64,000 bases of DNA from Bacillota bacterium (GTDB taxonomy: Bacteria > Bacillota > UBA4882 > UBA8346), in the NCBI GenBank assembly GCA_023392595.1, contig JAEVYU010000065.1, positions 8,344 through 72,343 of the forward strand. Direction: 5' to 3'. The notes under the pieces were generated by a model. It was not told where the DNA came from and searched no databases. It was given only the letters and a program-made list of their open reading frames with translations. The position numbers were made by a program, and so were the translations under genes. Within the stretch, counting starts at the first letter, position 1. Every line of letters begins with the position of its first letter. Below, one piece after another: positions 38,787 through 47,995 of the stretch.

Positions 38787-40598
38787 ATGCCTATCGATGC
38801 TCCAGTGATTGCCCAAATTTGTATTGAACTCTCTGGCTGTCTGCCGGTAAGAATCAATCGGATTGACCAAACATTTGCCGATGAGTTTATTCTCAGCGGC
38901 TATGGGTCCGGTACTGATTTTAATCTATTAATTTCCCTGAATTCCGGATATGGCCGTTTTCACCTGGTAGATCCAAACTCGCGGATTGACGCGAAAGAAG
39001 TTCCGGCTCCCCCAACAATATTCGCCGCCTCTATGCGGAAACGTTTTTCAGGTTCAAAATTGATTGGGATTGAATCGGTTCCCTTTGAAAGAATCATCAA
39101 GCTAACCTTCGAAGTTTATGAACAGGCGCTGGGGATCATCCATCGTTATCTTCTGGTTGAACTGACGGGTAAAAGTTCAAATTTAATGATCTGTGACGAA
39201 AATCTGGTTATTACCGATGTCTGGCGTAAAGTTAACCCCAAAAGGCCCGAAGACCGGGAGATTGCTCCGGGTATTTCCTATGAATTTCCGCCGACCGGTG
39301 GACGTTGGCGGCCGGTTTCCATTAATGAAGAGCAATTTGCGGTTCTCTTGAGTCAATTGCCGAAAGATGTTTCACTGGAAAAGTTTTTTCTCAAACATTG
39401 GTATGGATTATCGGCTCTCTCCATTCACGAGATTACCCGGACTGTCCATTTTTCTCCGGATACACTCTGCCATGAAATACCGGCTGAAGACTACCCTAAA
39501 CTGTTTGCCGCTTTCAGTTCCTGGGCTGATACCGTTGCCAGAGGAGACTTTAAGCCGGTGGGTTTATTGGACGGGACCGGAAAGCTGTTCGACTGTTCGG
39601 CGCTGGCGATTCATTTTCCACCGGCAAATATCTCAGTCCGCCCTATCCCGACCCTCCATGAGGAAGTCGCCGTTCTCTTTGATCAAAAGCAATTAACGAG
39701 CCGCCTCAAAGAAGCGAAAATAAACCTGGAAAAAAAAGTTCACGCCCAAATCGAAAAGACCCGCGCCAAATTAGCAAAGCAACAAGCGGAAGCCACTGCC
39801 GCCGATCAAGGCGACCAGTTGCGAATTGCCGGCGAACTTTTAACGACATACGGATTTCAGATTACCAAAGGCAGCAAGGAAGTAACCCTATTGAACCATT
39901 ATGACCCACAAGGCAAAGAAATCCTTATCAAACTGGATCCCGCGCTGTCAGCCCAAGCCAACGCGCAGATTTATTTTAAAAAGTACCAAAAAGCCAAGAA
40001 AGGCCAAGTGGCGATTGGTGAACAAATCGCCAGGACTCAGGAAACCCTTGAATATTTGGAAAGCATTGAGGTTATGGCGCAAAACGCCATGAACCTCGCC
40101 GACCTTCACCTGGTTTTGGAGGAATTGCAGCAAAATGAAACTGCCAAAAAAGCCAGAATTCACCCGGTAAAAAAATTTGCCAAGAAAGAAAAACCTGCAC
40201 AGCCCCGCCAATATAAAACACCTGCCGGGCATAGCATCCTGGTCGGCCGCAATAATCTTCAAAATGACCGCTTGACATTTAAAGTCGCCGATCCCGATGA
40301 TTTCTGGTTCCATACCCAAAAGATACCCGGTTCCCATGTTATTCTGAGGCCCGAACCCGGAGTCCCGGTTGATGACGAATCCTTGAATTATGCCTGTCAA
40401 TTGGCGGCGTATTTCAGCAAGGCCAAAAATTCCACCAAGGTTCCGGTCGATTATACCAAGCGGAAAAATGTCAAAAAACCTCCGGCATCAAAACCTGGAT
40501 TTGTCATTTACGACTTTTTTAAAACCGCCATTATAACGCCGGATGAAAAATTGCTGGAGAGACTTGGGGTTAGGGGCGATTTCAATCAGCCTCAATGA
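38787..40598 (+). CDS. rqcH: Ribosome quality control factor RqcH (NFACT / FbpA family)
   Basis: NFACT-N domain, central coiled coil, and an NFACT-R segment (FWFHTQKIPGSHVIL). Divergent from the Ca-ATPase gene, as yloA/yloB are in B. subtilis. Confidence 0.85.
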   Translation: MPIDAPVIAQICIELSGCLPVRINRIDQTFADEFILSGYGSGTDFNLLISLNSGYGRFHLVDPNSRIDAKEVPAPPTIFAASMRKRFSGSKLIGIESVPFERIIKLTFEVYEQALGIIHRYLLVELTGKSSNLMICDENLVITDVWRKVNPKRPEDREIAPGISYEFPPTGGRWRPVSINEEQFAVLLSQLPKDVSLEKFFLKHWYGLSALSIHEITRTVHFSPDTLCHEIPAEDYPKLFAAFSSWADTVARGDFKPVGLLDGTGKLFDCSALAIHFPPANISVRPIPTLHEEVAVLFDQKQLTSRLKEAKINLEKKVHAQIEKTRAKLAKQQAEATAADQGDQLRIAGELLTTYGFQITKGSKEVTLLNHYDPQGKEILIKLDPALSAQANAQIYFKKYQKAKKGQVAIGEQIARTQETLEYLESIEVMAQNAMNLADLHLVLEELQQNETAKKARIHPVKKFAKKEKPAQPRQYKTPAGHSILVGRNNLQNDRLTFKVADPDDFWFHTQKIPGSHVILRPEPGVPVDDESLNYACQLAAYFSKAKNSTKVPVDYTKRKNVKKPPASKPGFVIYDFFKTAIITPDEKLLERLGVRGDFNQPQ

Positions 40599-40862
40599 CC
40601 TGTTTTTTTTACTTTCATATATAAATTAACATTTTCTTCATGAAAAAGTTATCTTCTGCTTGCTTGGATTTTACGATAATCGGACTTTTAATAATCCAAT
40701 AATCATCTTGATCTCCCCGGTTTTCCAATCTCTCCCTGATGAATCCGAATATCAATATGGATTAATCGCGAGAAATAACAAGAAAACAAAAGAAAAGGGA
40801 AGATAATTGCGCCAGATTGCCATAATCAGTTAAAATGTAAATTTTATCCCGTCTTCCTTTTC

Positions 40863-40891
40863 TTGAAAAAAGAGACCAAGCTTAATACAAT
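40863..40891 (+). promoter_or_regulatory. Sigma-A promoter for groES-groEL: TTGAAA, 17-nt spacer, TACAAT
   Basis: -35 at 40863-40868 and -10 at 40886-40891, directly upstream of CIRCE. Confidence 0.65.
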
Positions 40892-40902
40892 AATTTCTGT
40901 GA

Positions 40903-40929
40903 TTAGCACTCAATAGTAGTGAGTGCTAA
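40903..40929 (+). promoter_or_regulatory. CIRCE operator (HrcA binding site)
   Basis: Perfect match to the consensus TTAGCACTC-N9-GAGTGCTAA. Confidence 0.92.
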
Positions 40930-40951
40930 CAATAACGCAAGGAGGGATATT

Positions 40952-41242
40952 ATGAACATCAAACCTTTAGGTGAAAGAGTCGTTGTCAAAGCATTAGAAA
41001 GTGAAGAAAAAACTAAAAGCGGTATTGTGCTTCCGGATACAGCCAAGGAAAAACCGCAAAAAGGGACCGTTGTAGCCGTTGGCCCGGGTAAAGTTCTTGA
41101 TAACGGTCAAAAACTTCCCCTGGAAGTTAAAGTCGGTGATAAAGTGCTTTTTGCCAAATATGCCGGTACTGAAGTTAAAGTGGATGAAGAAGAATACATG
41201 GTTTTAAAAGAAAACGACATTCTGGCAATTATTGCTGACTAA
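40952..41242 (+). CDS. groES: Co-chaperonin GroES
   Basis: [13 protein letters not shown]...; AAGGAGG RBS. Confidence 0.95.
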   Translation: MNIKPLGERVVVKALESEEKTKSGIVLPDTAKEKPQKGTVVAVGPGKVLDNGQKLPLEVKVGDKVLFAKYAGTEVKVDEEEYMVLKENDILAIIAD

Positions 41243-42916
<1,674 letters not shown>

Positions 42917-42937
42917 GATAAGATTCTCTTCTCTTAC

Positions 42938-42970
42938 AAGAGCTGTCTCCATAGAGGCGGCTCTTTTCTT
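42938..42970 (+). terminator. Rho-independent terminator after groEL
   Basis: A 12-bp stem (AAGAGCTGTCTC / GAGGCGGCTCTT, with G-U pairs) followed by TTTTCTT. Confidence 0.7.
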
Positions 42971-43109
42971 ATAAAAAACAAAATATCCTCGGGCATACCC
43001 CGGGAATATTATATTTACTTGCCTTCCGGCCTAAAATAAGGCATAATGAAATCAACCGATGGATTATTTTCGCTACGCATCGATTGATAAAAACCCCCGA
43101 GGATCGGCA

Positions 43110-44429
43110 ATGACAAATCCGGCTATCGAACAACCCTATATAACGACCCCCGCTTTTCAAGACGCTCTCGACTGTATAGCGAGCGGTGCTCCGCTCACTT
43201 TCATATCCGGTAAAGCGGGCACCGGAAAATCAACCTTCACCAAACACGAACTAACCAATCTTTCCGGTAATACGGTCTTTCTCTCCCCTACCGGTATTGC
43301 GGCTTTAAATATCGGAGGACAGACCATTCACTCCTTTTTCAACTTAGAACACGGTATGCTTTACCCGGAACGCATCAAGGAAAGCCGGCAGCCACAAATT
43401 TATAAAAAAGTAGACTATCTGGTCATTGATGAAATTTCCATGGTACGGGCGGATTTAATGGATGCTGTCAATTATTCCCTCCAAATCAACCGCAAATCCT
43501 CCGAACCCTTTGGGGGCGTCAAGCTAATCCTGATTGGAGACCTCTATCAATTGCCACCGGTGGTAGTCCGCGAGGAGCGCTCTGAATTTTGTCCCGGAGG
43601 GCGTTATAAAAACCGTTTTTTCTTCAATTCTCAGGCCATCCGTTCCGCAATCATCGGCGATTCATTTAAGTACATCAAATTTGAAGCTATTTTTCGCCAG
43701 GAGAACCAGGAATTCATTAACCTCTTGGAACAAGTCCGCCAGAGCAACCTCAGTCAAGGAATAATCCGCGCCTTAAATGAGCGGGTCACTGCCGCAAACA
43801 TTATTGAACAACTGGATGAGGTTACAGTGTTAACCTGCACCAACGAAGCGGCCCAAGCTTACAATACCAGTAGACTGGAGGCGCTCATAACGCCAAAACG
43901 CCAGTACCAGGCAAATATTGAAGGGAAGTTCAGCCGGGAGGATTTTCCTACCCTACCCCTACTCTCTTTAAAAGTGGGGGCCAAAGTGATTTTCATCAAA
44001 AATGATCCCGGGAAAGCGTGGGTCAATGGAACTACCGGGGTCATCAAAGAACTTGGCCAGGATGAGCTGATTATTGAGGTGGGTGGAATTGATTATCCGG
44101 TATCCCGGGAAACCTGGGAAAAATATCAATATCATTTCAAGAACGGCAAAATCGAAAAAGACGTTATCGGCACCTTTAGCCAGTTTCCCCTGAAACTTGG
44201 CTGGGCTCTCACGATTCACAAGAGCCAGGGGCTTACCTTAAAAAACATTTACCTGGATACCGGCAGAGGCGCCTTTGATTCCGGCCAAATCTATGTCGCC
44301 TTAAGCCGGGTGCGCAATTTGGAAAACCTTTACCTCAAGCAGCCGCTTTCTCAGCGGGAACTGTTAATCGATGAGGGAATTAAGGCTTTTCTTGAGTATA
44401 TTGAGCGCTTTATCTGGCGGCAGTGTTGA
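43110..44429 (+). CDS. pif1: Pif1-family (RecD-like SF1B) DNA helicase
   Basis: Walker A GKAGTGKST, Walker B LVIDEISMV, Pif1 signature PFGGVKLILIGDLYQLPPV, and C-terminal TIHKSQGLT and YVALSRV. GAGGA precedes the ATG at 43110 (the ORF opens at 43059). Confidence 0.8.
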   Translation: MTNPAIEQPYITTPAFQDALDCIASGAPLTFISGKAGTGKSTFTKHELTNLSGNTVFLSPTGIAALNIGGQTIHSFFNLEHGMLYPERIKESRQPQIYKKVDYLVIDEISMVRADLMDAVNYSLQINRKSSEPFGGVKLILIGDLYQLPPVVVREERSEFCPGGRYKNRFFFNSQAIRSAIIGDSFKYIKFEAIFRQENQEFINLLEQVRQSNLSQGIIRALNERVTAANIIEQLDEVTVLTCTNEAAQAYNTSRLEALITPKRQYQANIEGKFSREDFPTLPLLSLKVGAKVIFIKNDPGKAWVNGTTGVIKELGQDELIIEVGGIDYPVSRETWEKYQYHFKNGKIEKDVIGTFSQFPLKLGWALTIHKSQGLTLKNIYLDTGRGAFDSGQIYVALSRVRNLENLYLKQPLSQRELLIDEGIKAFLEYIERFIWRQC

Positions 44430-44651
44430 TATTCAAAAAAAGTCCCATACCCACCGGAGCAGGAGCAACTGAAATGTCCGTCCGTCAGTTAGGCATGGAA
44501 AAAATGGCCCGCCGCCGCACGGTTTTTTTCTTGACCGTTAAGCATGATGCTAATTCCTCCGCTACCCGCATGGCATTAGGCCCCATCATGGTAGCTTTCA
44601 AAAAATTCCATGTTCTTCTGGTAATATAGAATCATAAGCCAATTTCCTTTC

Positions 44652-45437
44652 TTAAAGAGTTTCATTAAACTCCCAGCCCTCATCACCGCTATAAATCATC
44701 CGTTTGGTCATGCCTCCGTCGACGGTGATGTTTTGACCGGTAATAAAGGTATTTTCCTGGTCGCATAAAAACATTACCGCCCGCGCGATATCCATGGGGG
44801 CGCCGACCCGGCTGACCGGATGTTGAAGCTTATCGGCAAGGCTGTGTTTGTTGTGATACTCGGTATCAAAGTTAGCCCTCACGTCGATCCAACCGGGACT
44901 CACACTGTTGACTCTTACCTTCCCCGCAAGACTGATCGCCAGGGCATGGGTCAAGGCCGAAATGCCGCCTTTGGCCGCGGTGTAACTTTCAGTATCCCGC
45001 TGCGACATGATGCTTCGGGTGGAAGAGATATTTACGATAGCCCCCTTATCGGAAAAATGGTTTTGAAAAAGTTTAGCCAGCATATAGGGAGCTGTTACCC
45101 CCACTTTTAAAACATAATTAAAATCTTCATAGTCACAGCCGGAAATAATCCCTTTCCGGCTTAAACAGGCATTATTAATCAGAAAGTCAATCCGGCCATA
45201 GGTATCGATAACGCGTTTGGAGAATTCCTCCAAAACCTTATTTTCAGCAACATCCCCGGCATAAAAAAATCCTGCGCCGCCGCTGCCGGTAATGGCAGTC
45301 AGGGCTTTTTCCCCTGCTTCTTTATCCAAATCAATAAAAGCAACTTTTGCTCCGCGTTTAGCGAATTCAGTGACCAGGCAAAGACCGATTCCGTTGGCGC
45401 CACCGGTAATAACGCCAATCTTATCAATGAAATTCAT
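44652..45437 (-). CDS. Short-chain dehydrogenase/reductase (classical SDR)
   Basis: TGGANGIG, NNAC and YTAAKGG. An RBS precedes the ATG at 45437. The ORF's upstream extension to 45554 runs into a repeat region. Confidence 0.85.
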   Translation of the reverse strand: MNFIDKIGVITGGANGIGLCLVTEFAKRGAKVAFIDLDKEAGEKALTAITGSGGAGFFYAGDVAENKVLEEFSKRVIDTYGRIDFLINNACLSRKGIISGCDYEDFNYVLKVGVTAPYMLAKLFQNHFSDKGAIVNISSTRSIMSQRDTESYTAAKGGISALTHALAISLAGKVRVNSVSPGWIDVRANFDTEYHNKHSLADKLQHPVSRVGAPMDIARAVMFLCDQENTFITGQNITVDGGMTKRMIYSGDEGWEFNETL

Positions 45438-45520
45438 GCGCCACCTCATTTCAGGAAATAGACACCTATTTTCTTTCATTGTACCATAAAAACTTGGCGT
45501 AATAGAAAAGGCGCAACCCG

Positions 45521-45614
45521 AGTGCCGGTTTTCAATTTCAATTTGTGCATCCACTCTGCCCCAGTGCAGACCCTCACGACCTCAGTGCCGGTTTCAATTT
45601 CAATTGGTGCATCC
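45521..45614. repeat. Two direct copies of a 31-32-nt sequence separated by a 31-nt spacer
   Basis: AGTGCCGGTTTTCAATTTCAATTTGTGCATCC (45521-45552) and AGTGCCGGTTTCAATTTCAATTGGTGCATCC (45584-45614) differ by one substitution and one 1-nt indel. Confidence 0.7.
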
Positions 45615-45615
45615 G

Positions 45616-45831
45616 TTATAGCGGATGAATTGCAGTTGCCTCATATCCGGCTTCCTCAATAGCCTCTTTTAAACTTAAATCCGTTACGTTGTCGCTTCCT
45701 TCAACCGTCGCATTTTTACCAACCAAATCGACTTCCACGCGGCTAACTCCGGATACCCCTTTCAATGCTTCCTCAACATGTTTTACGCAATGACCGCAGC
45801 TCATTCCTTCGATCGTAATCTGTTTTTTCAT
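45616..45831 (-). CDS. copZ: Copper chaperone CopZ (heavy-metal-associated domain)
   Basis: GMSCGHCV metal-binding motif; 71 aa. Confidence 0.85.
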   Translation of the reverse strand: MKKQITIEGMSCGHCVKHVEEALKGVSGVSRVEVDLVGKNATVEGSDNVTDLSLKEAIEEAGYEATAIHPL

Positions 45832-45861
45832 GATTGAAATCTCCTTTTTATTTAATCCTTT

Positions 45862-46134
45862 TCAGGTCCTGTCCAGATACTTATCCAAGATATAAAGTAT
45901 CTCATCGATTTTTTCATCGCCTTTTCCTTCCATCATTCCACTGACTACACAATGGTGCATATGATTCTTTAATATTTTCATATTCGCCTTCTTCAAAAGG
46001 GACTGTACCGAAATGATCTGCTTTGCTATGTCGATGCAGTATCTTTCTTCATCAATCATCTTCAATATACCGTCAATTTGTCCCCTGGCGGTTTTCAATC
46101 GATTGACGACTTCAGCATCATCCTTATGCTGCAT
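45862..46134 (-). CDS. csoR: CsoR-family metal-sensing repressor
   Basis: RLKTARGQIDGILKMIDEERYCIDI...HMHHCV carries the Cys-His-Cys ligand pattern of CsoR. Confidence 0.85.
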   Translation of the reverse strand: MQHKDDAEVVNRLKTARGQIDGILKMIDEERYCIDIAKQIISVQSLLKKANMKILKNHMHHCVVSGMMEGKGDEKIDEILYILDKYLDRT

Positions 46135-46171
46135 TCCTAATTTTCCTTTCTTATATCGCCCTTAACCGTCC

Positions 46172-46186
46172 CCCTCCCCGGGAGGG
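46172..46186. promoter_or_regulatory. GC-rich 7-1-7 palindrome CCCTCCC-C-GGGAGGG, candidate CsoR operator
   Basis: Lies 38-52 nt upstream of the csoR start, just downstream of the candidate -10. CsoR operators are G/C-tract pseudo-palindromes. Confidence 0.5.
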
Positions 46187-46196
46187 ATCATCAATT

Positions 46197-46225
46197 ATCT
46201 TACCACCTTTTAATAGGATAGACAA
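46197..46225 (-). promoter_or_regulatory. Candidate promoter for csoR-copZ: TTGTCT, 17-nt spacer, TAAGAT (minus strand)
   Basis: The hexamers are the complements of 46220-46225 and 46197-46202. Confidence 0.4.
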
Positions 46226-46260
46226 TAGATCATTTTTAAATTGACAGATATTTTTTAGCC

Positions 46261-46294
46261 AAAAAAACAACCCGTCTAAGTCGTCTTAGACGGG
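46261..46294 (-). terminator. Rho-independent terminator after hup
   Basis: On the minus strand, CCCGTCTAAG-ACGA-CTTAGACGGG is followed by TTGTTTTTTT. Confidence 0.8.
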
Positions 46295-46319
46295 TCCAGG
46301 GTCAATCAAGTTTGTTTAA

Positions 46320-46598
46320 TTATTTCTTGGCCACTGAATCTTTTAAAGCTTTACCGGCTTTAAATACCGGCACTTTACGGGCAGCAATTTTAATTACTTT
46401 ACCGGTTTGCGGATTGCGGCCATTCCGAGCTTCTCTTTTTTTAACATCAAAGCTTCCAAAGCCAATTAATTGGACTTTATTCCCTTTGGTAAGAGATCCT
46501 TTAATTGCTTCTACCATTGCATCAATGGCTTGACCCGAAGCTTTTTTAGTTAATTTTGTTTTAGATGCCACTTTGTCAATTAGTTCTGTCTTCGTCAA
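46320..46598 (-). CDS. hup: DNA-binding protein HU
   Basis: …[44 protein letters not shown] start with GGAGG 8 nt upstream. Confidence 0.9.
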   Translation of the reverse strand: MTKTELIDKVASKTKLTKKASGQAIDAMVEAIKGSLTKGNKVQLIGFGSFDVKKREARNGRNPQTGKVIKIAARKVPVFKAGKALKDSVAKK

Positions 46599-46898
46599 AC
46601 AAATCGCCTCCTAAATTTAATGAACATTGGGGTAACACCTGCATTGGCTGCAACCGTTTTTCTGACCCCCGCTAGATTAATATTCGGTAATAATTATATA
46701 AACTTTATAGTTAATTTTAGCGGTTTTGCAATTTTACAATTCTTGAAAGGCAACTTAATACTGATCATATTATAACCTATTTCTTTAAACTTTAATTTTA
46801 TTAAGGATCTAGAGCTGATTGACAATGGAACTCCCCAGACAGAAAACAGTTTCACAATCTTTTACGCGAAATTTCCTTATTCATACATGTTTCTAATT

Positions 46899-46934
46899 AA
46901 AAAACTACAGGTGGCAAGATTCGCCTCCTGTAGT
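46899..46934 (-). terminator. Rho-independent terminator after the DUF1292 gene
   Basis: On the minus strand, ACTACAGG...CCTGTAGT is followed by TTTTTTAAT. Confidence 0.7.
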
Positions 46935-47014
46935 CAAAGAGTTAACTCCATAAAAATATCTTAATCACTGGATTCATTAATGGGTGTAAGCTTCCTCAAA
47001 ACGGAACCATCTTT

Positions 47015-47326
47015 TTATTGATTTTCCTGTTTCGTTACGGAAGGACTACCATCTTCTTCGTCGGCCTCTTCCAATTCATCAAGCGCTTCACAGACCTTAG
47101 CAAACTCATCGTCATCTTCAATGTCAACTAGAACTTCTTCGCCTTCTTCATCTGCTTCAATACGGAAAATCACTGCCTCTTCCTGTTCTTCCTCACTTTC
47201 TTGCTCCTCAGGTACCATTACTGCATACTTGGCCTCGTCGACTTCCACGATATTTAATAGATTAAAGCGATGTTCATGCCCTTCCTCATCAACCAAAGTT
47301 ATCCAGTTTGTTTCTTGTTCAGCCAT
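47015..47326 (-). CDS. DUF1292 (YrzB-like) acidic protein
   Basis: ITLVDEEGHEHRFNLLNIVEVDEAKYAVMVP, an acidic tail, and a position downstream of ruvX. Confidence 0.8.
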   Translation of the reverse strand: MAEQETNWITLVDEEGHEHRFNLLNIVEVDEAKYAVMVPEEQESEEEQEEAVIFRIEADEEGEEVLVDIEDDDEFAKVCEALDELEEADEEDGSPSVTKQENQ

Positions 47327-47488
47327 TTTTATTTCCTCCTATTTATATTCATTCGCCAATTTTTTTACGGCAAATTCTCTACCAAACTTTACAGTTTATG
47401 CCGGTCTAATTTGGATTATATCCTTTTGAAGCAATTGAATTGCTTCTCAAAAATATCTATATTGGGATCGCTTTGCTATTTTGCCCTC

Positions 47489-47917
47489 TCAAGTCATCTT
47501 AATACCTTTTTTAAAATCCAAAAAGTTTTGTAGAATAATGGTGGCTGCGACTTGATCGACTTTCCCTTTCCGTTGTTTCCGAGACAAATCAGCCTCAATT
47601 AATAAACGTTGCGCCGAAGCTGTCGATAATCGTTCATCCCAGTATTCGATGGGAATACCCGATAACTTATTTAAGGCCAGACCAAAATTCCGTGCTTTAT
47701 CTGCCATAATTCCTTCCGTGCCATTCATATGTTTGGGTAAACCTAAAACCACACCATCAATCTCGTAGTCTTGAATCACCTGCTGAAGATAGTTTAAGTC
47801 TTGCTTTAAAGAACCCTTGCGGTGCCAAACAGTGAAAGGTTGTGCCGTTAATTCCAGAGGGTCACTGATTGCAAGGCCAATTCGCCGTTCTCCTAAGTCC
47901 AGTCCCAACCAACGCAT
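47489..47917 (-). CDS. ruvX: Putative pre-16S rRNA nuclease / Holliday junction resolvase-like RuvX (YqgF)
   Basis: MRWLGLDLGERRIGLAISD... and ...DERLSTASAQR. Confidence 0.9.
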   Translation of the reverse strand: MRWLGLDLGERRIGLAISDPLELTAQPFTVWHRKGSLKQDLNYLQQVIQDYEIDGVVLGLPKHMNGTEGIMADKARNFGLALNKLSGIPIEYWDERLSTASAQRLLIEADLSRKQRKGKVDQVAATIILQNFLDFKKGIKMT

Positions 47918-47995
47918 ATTTGCTCTCCAATTTACTTATTTTCCGAATATTCTTGGTTATCCCGAAAGAAATAAAGAAAGAATTCCCGTCGGTCC

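Noticed and set aside
44423-44629. 68-aa plus-strand ORF in the gap between the convergent pif1 and SDR genes. Also an 18-aa minus-strand mini-ORF (MLNGQEKNRAAAGHFFHA, about 44490-44546) preceded by GGAGGA
   Set aside because: The 68-aa ORF has no RBS and overlaps the pif1 stop. The mini-ORF has a good SD sequence but is too short to support from sequence alone, and I cannot judge its conservation.
45438-45554. N-terminal extension of the SDR ORF. Similar upstream extensions exist for trxA (57926-58039), korC (13454-13525), groES, groEL, pfkA, trmL and nfu
   Set aside because: The extensions lack an RBS, are absent from the conserved N-termini of these families, and each has an internal ATG preceded by a good Shine-Dalgarno sequence.
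45521-45614. Possible CRISPR array
   Set aside because: There are only two repeat copies and one spacer. No cas genes or leader lie in the 64-kb window, and similarity extends beyond the repeat. A tandem duplication is at least as likely. It is kept as a repeat feature and finding, not called CRISPR.
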